From assembly GCF_009914755.1 (NCBI RefSeq), contig NC_060932.1: DNA of 64,000 nucleotides, one strand, 5' to 3'. Shown piece by piece: positions 57,443 to 64,000 of this stretch (positions are counted from its first letter, which is position 1; every line of letters starts with the position of its first letter). Made by a program: the position numbers and the translations under genes. The notes below the pieces were generated by a model. The model was not told the DNA's origin and did no database searches. It saw only the letters and a program-made list of their open reading frames with translations. The stretch comes from the human T2T-CHM13v2.0 reference genome, Homo sapiens.

Positions 57443-58861
57443 TCATATATAGATTCTGATGGAGGTAGATTAGAAAGACAGAAGGCAGCACGGGAGTGGA
57501 TTAGGTTACCTTTTGGATTTTTGAGGGCTTTGGCCACGTGTCAGTTTGTACAGCTGATGAAGTATTTGTCATTGGTGAAAAAAAAATTACTGTCCACAGG
57601 TTTCCTTTCCCTCTTATTGGGCAAGAACCTGAATGTCTTCTTCAGAGAAAGTACTCATATACAGCACTTCAGCACACCAACAGGAGTCCTTTCTAAAATG
57701 CGTTTGCTTTGAGATGGCACAGGTCACGTGATCATCAGTATACTCTGCGTGAAGCATGTCAGTTTGACCGGGAGCTAATGCTTCTGCCCCAACTGCCATG
57801 GTGCAGCTCGGGGAAGGCTTCATTTCCTGGGGAATTTCATGCATTTTCTGTGATGGATTTCATAATGGGCTCTAATACCTTTAAATATTTTCCTGGTTCT
57901 TCTGTCAAGCAAACCATTTCTTTAAAAGTTGCTTGGTTGGCCATTATCATTTATTTTACTTGGTTAAAAATTTTGGCCAGGAACAGTTCCTTTATATACA
58001 AAAATAAATACAGAACCCAGGGCTATGAGTCTTGGGCAGAATCAGGCTGTTTTCCCAGTAGATATCAGGAATATGAATAATCTCTTTGACACACAGTGCA
58101 GCCACCCTGGTGACTTGGTGCTAGGTATTAAAAACCCTACCGTTCAGAACAGTTTCTTTTAACTTCAGCTTTGAAATTGGTGGTCTCGTCAGCTTTAGAT
58201 TTATTCCTTCTTTTTTAGCTTTCTTGCTTTTGTTTAGATTTTTAAATTTTTAAGAGAGTCTTTGAAAGTGCTGACACATTTTCAGGCTCCCAGTATAAGG
58301 AACCAACTGCAAGTGTCATTTTCTTCATTTAAAAAGTCCTCCTAGATCAGGTCACTGTGTCCACTTATAGGCTTTCCTGTAATCAGCAGAAGGAGAGGCT
58401 GCCATTACAAACAGGTGAGTTAGGTGTAATAGATTGGACGCAGAAAACCAGGAGCAGTATGGAACATCTGCCCAGCTCACTGGCATGTCAGCCCTGCAGG
58501 TGTGTCGGAGGCACAGGGCTCAAGTGCAGGCATCTCCCTCCTCTGGTTGGGGCTAAGCTGGAAGGGAGCTTGTATGCTGGGAAACGGAGCAAGCTCACCT
58601 TGACATGGAGTGGCTTCCTCCACTTGAAATAACCCAGGAGCAAGGAGGCGCTAACAAGACGGGTTATTAGACCCAGGAATTTTTAAAACCTGAAATCTTG
58701 CAACTGAATATCCATTTTATTAGACCTTTTGCCTTTGTGACCACAGGTGAAATGGATCAGGAGTGGCCCAAGCACTGTTCTGTGAGTTGGCATTTTTCTG
58801 AAGTGTGATTTTTTTTTTTTTTTTTTTTAGTACTTACATACTTCCATAATATTTGCTTCTT

Positions 58862-58998
58862 TTCTTAAAAAAATCTTTTGTAGAGATGAGATCTTACTAT
58901 GTTGCCCTGGCTGATCTTGAACTCCTGAGCTCAAGCAGTTCTCCAGCCTTGGCCTCCCAAAGTGCTGGGATTACAAGCATGAGTCACTGCACCCAGCT
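58862..58998 (-). mobile_element. FLAM_C / AluJ left monomer
   Basis: ttgtagagatgagatcttactatgttgccctggctg...ctcaagcagttctccagccttggcctcccaaagtgctgggattaca; single arm. Confidence 0.85.
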
Positions 58999-59016
58999 CA
59001 TGACACTTGCTTTAGA

Positions 59017-59158
59017 TTTATATATAATATATATATGTAATATACAATATATATGATATATGTAATATATATATTATATATCACATATAAAATATATATT
59101 ATATATATTATATATCATATATAAAATATATATGACATGTGTGTGTGTGTGTGTGTGT
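59017..59158. repeat. (TA)-rich low-complexity tract followed by (TG)n
   Basis: Directly visible. Confidence 0.9.
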
Positions 59159-59425
59159 CTTGTGTTTGGATGTATTCGCTGTTAATTAATTTTCAAAAGT
59201 TTATTTGCACAGTTGATGTCTGAAAGCTGGTTCCAAGTCATTTGTGTCTATGACTTATCGGTCTTGTGCTTTCTGTGCTTTCAGCAACATTATAGTGCCA
59301 AAAATGTAGCTGTAATATCAATTAGGAAAAAAATTACACATAAATCCACCACCCTAACCAGTTATCTTTCTTCTTCATTTTCTATTCCCTTTCAGTGCTT
59401 GGCCAAATATATATATGTATTTGAA

Positions 59426-59430
<5 letters not shown>

Positions 59431-59477
<47 letters not shown>
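59431..59477. repeat. (TG)18(TA)n microsatellite
   Basis: Directly visible. Confidence 0.95.
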
Positions 59478-62400
59478 GAGAAATTGCAATATAGTTGTAA
59501 TATTAGAAAAAAATTAATGTATGCTTTTTAAATTTAATATGTCGTTACAAACACTTTTACTTATTACTATGTGGTATATGATTTTTAATGGCTATGTTGA
59601 GAAAACTAATATATCATGCATAATTATTTACCAGACATAGTACACCCCTGTAGTGGGCATTGAGATTGTCTCCCTGATTTGTCTTTAATGCAGTAGTAAA
59701 CACCCTAACTTTTATTTCATTAGGATAATTCCTGGGAGAAGAAACATCTGGTCAAATAGTATAAAAGATTTCATAGCTTCTTAAAACACATTGCCAATGT
59801 GATTTCCAAAGGGTCTGTGCCAATTTCTGTTAGTTGGCATCTTTTAAATAGTCAAGGCTTCTTTTTACAGGCCAGCAGCAGAGTGTTCCATATTCCTATT
59901 GACATTCAGACTCAGTTCTAGCTCAGACCTCTGAAACACTTGGAAATTCTATCCATTGACTGTGGCAAGTCTCAGAACTCAGATTCTTTCTCCAGCCTGA
60001 GCTGAAGCCTGGAAAGGTGTGGTCTGCCCTTTGGCCCCAAGGTCTTTCCCATTTTTCTGTCCTGTAAGCTTTCTGTGGCATTCTGTCAGCCCTTGTATAG
60101 GGAGGAGAATATATGTGGTTATGCCTTGGGGCCTAGAATTGTAGCAGTTGAAAAACCCTTAAAGTGAATTATTAAATCTAAACCAGAGCCTGTTGGCTTC
60201 CTGTGCTTGACTTGGACTCTGTTCCATTATGGTAGTTTTTACAAACACTTCTGAATACGAAATAAATTCCAAATATTTTTCCCCCTTTCTCCTGCCAAAC
60301 CCCGCCAGGAAACAGAATCTCATTACTTCAGTTAGAATTTATTAATGCTGACCCTCTCCAGCACTTGGAGCTTTTCAGGTTAGGCTCACACAGCTTCTGT
60401 TTTTACTCTAGTCTAAACTGTGGTCATATGGATAGCAAAATAAATACTAGAATATTCTAGTTTGGGAAGGGGAGAGGCAGCGATGCCTGTAATAACATGG
60501 CTGCAAACCTCTCGCTTCTCTCTGTTTGATATTCCAAAAAAGGAAGAAAGCTCAATGCGGAGCACATCTGTAAGTCATGAACATTTTCCTTTTGTGTGTC
60601 ATGCATATTCAACATAATCCCACTCAAAGTCCCAGGCGTTGCTTTAGTATACATTGCCTCATACATCCCTACTGTTGTTGCCAGAAAATTTAATTCAAGA
60701 CAAAGGTTGCTTCCCTTCTGTCTCTGGATCAGGAATCTGAACCCATTACCACAAACAGAAGTAAGAATTGTCAGTGTGTTCTGCTTTGCTTTTATTTTGT
60801 TTTTTTCCCCCAGTTGCCTTTTATCCTTGTGGCTGAGGAGGAAGATTTCTTGTTCGTTTATTTGTTTTTAGTGTAAGCAATACACCAGTTTCATGAAGTG
60901 TATTTTTAAAAAACGTATTGATGGGATTTTGTAATGCAAGTGTTTTGAAATTCAAAAGCAACAAAAGGGCATAATGTGAACATTCTCTCCAGGTGGGATA
61001 TTTGGCTTTTAATTAGTTGTCTCTGTAATTATTTTGATTAAAAATGTACGAAATGTGTCAAGAGTTTGGGTGAAAAGGTTTAGTTTCCTTTTAGCTGGTT
61101 TTATTCAGTTAAGAGTTCATCATGAGATGATGGCTTGGAACACCTGAGGGTTCGGATGACATGAGTTTGTAGAATGATATGCCAGTGATATGATGACTGG
61201 GAGGTGAGCATAGACTCAGTGAGTGTGTGTACCCAGGGCTGCTCATTGTTGCCAAGCTTTAGATTGAAGAGAAATGAGAAGGATGGGGGCGGGTGCATCC
61301 TGTTTTATGTGTTGTGATGCTTGGGGACAGGGGAAGGGGACATCATTCAGTTAAATAAGCATATGAGATCTTTCTGGATCATCATATCTGAGATGCTGTT
61401 TTAAATTTACCCAACAAACCACTTACTGCACTAGGTACTGTTCTGTAGAATGAATAAACAAACACTGTAGGAAGAAAAATTGTTTTACACCACCAGATGC
61501 CCCAACGTACATACAGCAAGGACCCTTTCTGAAAATGATATTGATTATATTGAATCATGACTACAAGTTTAGATGTGCCAAGTAATCCTCTGGCAAGAGG
61601 TTTTTTTTTGGTTGGTGGGGGTCGCAGTTAATGTACTGATTATTGCGCTGAGCATTTTATGAAACAGATTTTACTTGGAGCTTTGTTGGCTTAGGAAATC
61701 TAACTGCTCTGAAGCAAGTTTAGTTCTTTTTTCAAACAAAAGAGGAGAATGTCTGCAGTTAAGTACCCTAACTTGGTGTTACTTTTTAACACACTCCTCA
61801 GCCATTTAAATGTTTTCCAAAGACCAGAGCCATGCCTGGCTCATTGGAGGCCTTCTTCATGAGCCCAAGGTTTCTTCCAAGGTCACATTTACCTTTTCTG
61901 GCAGTTCCCCTCAGAATAAGGCCGAATTCCAGCTTTTTAAAAAAGAGACCATGTAAGAGAACATTGATCTGTTTTTCTCAGTTGTGGGGTAACCAGGTAG
62001 TTTCTTTAAAGGGCTTGGTTATTTCCTTTCACCAAATGGCGTAAAGCTTGGATTCAGCCCCTTAGAAAAAAGGGTTTCTTCTACTTTCTGTGGAGCCTTT
62101 ACCATATATTGGTTCCTAGAACACAACGGTGGTCAAGGGAGAGGACGCAGAAAGATCAGGCTCAGGCCTGGGTCTTGGGCATCTTCAAGGAACTCGCTTT
62201 CTCAGTGGTATAAGAAGAGCCCCACTCTATAAGAGGCATCCAACAGGAACAGCCAACATCAGTGGCACCTTCCAAGTAAGTGGTTCAGACTTCAAGGACT
62301 GTGAATAATTACAGTAGGAATTCTGTCATCTCCCAGACCTTGGGTCATTTCAGAAGCTTCATGGAACTAGAGGAATTTCTCCAAAGTTGCCTATTACCTG

Positions 62401-62642
62401 ACATCTTTATGACCAGCCCAGTCATCCTTGTGCCTCCCACTTTCCACCCAAATGTGATTCTACCTTCATGTAACCTGATTATTTTTTTGGCTTTGGGTTT
62501 GTTTTCCTAATACGCATGAGTAAATCATTTAAATTCATTCCCACTCTGTGGAAGGGATGTTGAAGTGTTTCTTAAAGAGACTTTAGCTTTCTATATAATG
62601 AATTAAGAACTATTTAAGATGTTTGAAGCAGTTTGGAACTGA

Positions 62643-62954
<312 letters not shown>

Positions 62955-63639
62955 TAAAGACCTTTCTTAAGAATTTCTTATGTAGGGAGGGTTAAGAATT
63001 TTCTTTCATGTGTGACCTCACTTTTGATTTTGGCTTTTTTCCATGGATGGTTTGTATGTATATACAGGATAATAAGGTAAGCCTAGGAAATTGCTACATA
63101 CTAGTTAGTTCTCTGTAAACAAACCCTTAAAGTAAGTGCTAGTAAAGACAACAGTATGTGCTTATAAGTCAGCCATATCTAACATATTCAAGGGCAAGAT
63201 CATCTTTTTCCCACAGTAAACAAAGGGCTCTTTCCTTCTGTTACATTTTTAGTTTGCATGGGTCACCTGCTTGTTAGAATTGGCGTTACTAAAAATTAAT
63301 GAATGACAATTGGTGTACATGGCTCCAGGCATCTTCCATGTAGGAAATTTGAGGGGCATTAGGCAGAGAAGTAACTGTTAAGCCAGAACTCAAAACTCTC
63401 AGTGCAATTTTTTCCCCATCTATGATGCCAAGAATACTAGTTCTGAAAGATGTTAAATCGATATTCTGGGGGGAGAATTTCCATGATCAAAGTTTGAAAA
63501 TGCTGGATTAAGCCAAGTTCAACACAGCTCTTTATTGTAGTTCTTCCCCAGTCCTTTATTATTATTATGTGTGAATCACAGGAAAAGGGAGGGACGAGGT
63601 AGGCAGCATGTTGAACATGCTCAGTGACATACATTTTGA

Positions 63640-63990
63640 GGTCCCAAGTCCCTACTTTTGGAGCTGTATGATTTCAGGCAACAATCTCCTGGGTAGGCCC
63701 TGGAGATTGTTGAGATGATTAGATGAGCCAATGCTTAATAAAATGCTAAGCACAAAATGCCTGGCACGTAATAAACACCTAACAGCCACAGCTAATCCTT
63801 TTGAACCCGAGGCTGAATGGTCTGATGTCACTCATGTTGTGGGGCATGACAGTGCAGCAGAAAGAGCCCACACTTAGGTGTCAAGAGCTTCGGGCTCCAG
63901 TTTGGCCACCAGCTAGACCAGAGGACTTTTGAGCTACTTTGCTACTCTGGTGTTCTGTTTCTTCATTTGTGAAATAAATCAGTGATCTTG
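63640..63990 (+). mobile_element. Two MIR fragments
   Basis: gagattgttgagatgattagatgag...gcacaaaatgcctggcacgtaataaac; cagcagaaagagc...ctgtttcttcatttgtgaaat. Confidence 0.55.
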
Positions 63991-64000
63991 GTGACTATAG

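Overview
Human non-coding genomic DNA. A fully diagnostic AluYa5 and a 5'-truncated L1PA2-type element point to Homo sapiens. It is most likely part of one large intron of a + strand gene, judged by the T/G-rich + strand, long poly-T tracts and mostly antisense Alus/LTR; the gene cannot be named from sequence alone. I found no host protein-coding exon, RNA gene or CRISPR array. The only real protein homology in the ORF track is the interrupted C-terminal part of L1 ORF2p. The window holds about 17 Alu/FLAM elements, a solo LTR12 (ERV9) with a 4-bp TSD and 10 CCAAT boxes, old L1M/L2/MIR fragments and several DNA-transposon MITEs (MER1B, MER3, MER5A, MER33, MER53, MER94, MER117-like, Tigger4a, MADE2). 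The most interesting signal that repeat annotation does not explain is a set of short local copy events of different ages: an ancient inverted duplication (4.6/6.7 kb), a direct duplication of Tigger4a plus flank (23.9/25.8 kb), a young inverted copy joined to an orphan Alu fragment and bracketing the L1PA2 (31.7/34.4 kb), and an exact 24-mer repeated 11.5 kb apart. I see no evidence for a new biological system. Subfamily names come from remembered consensus sequences and identities are by-eye estimates.
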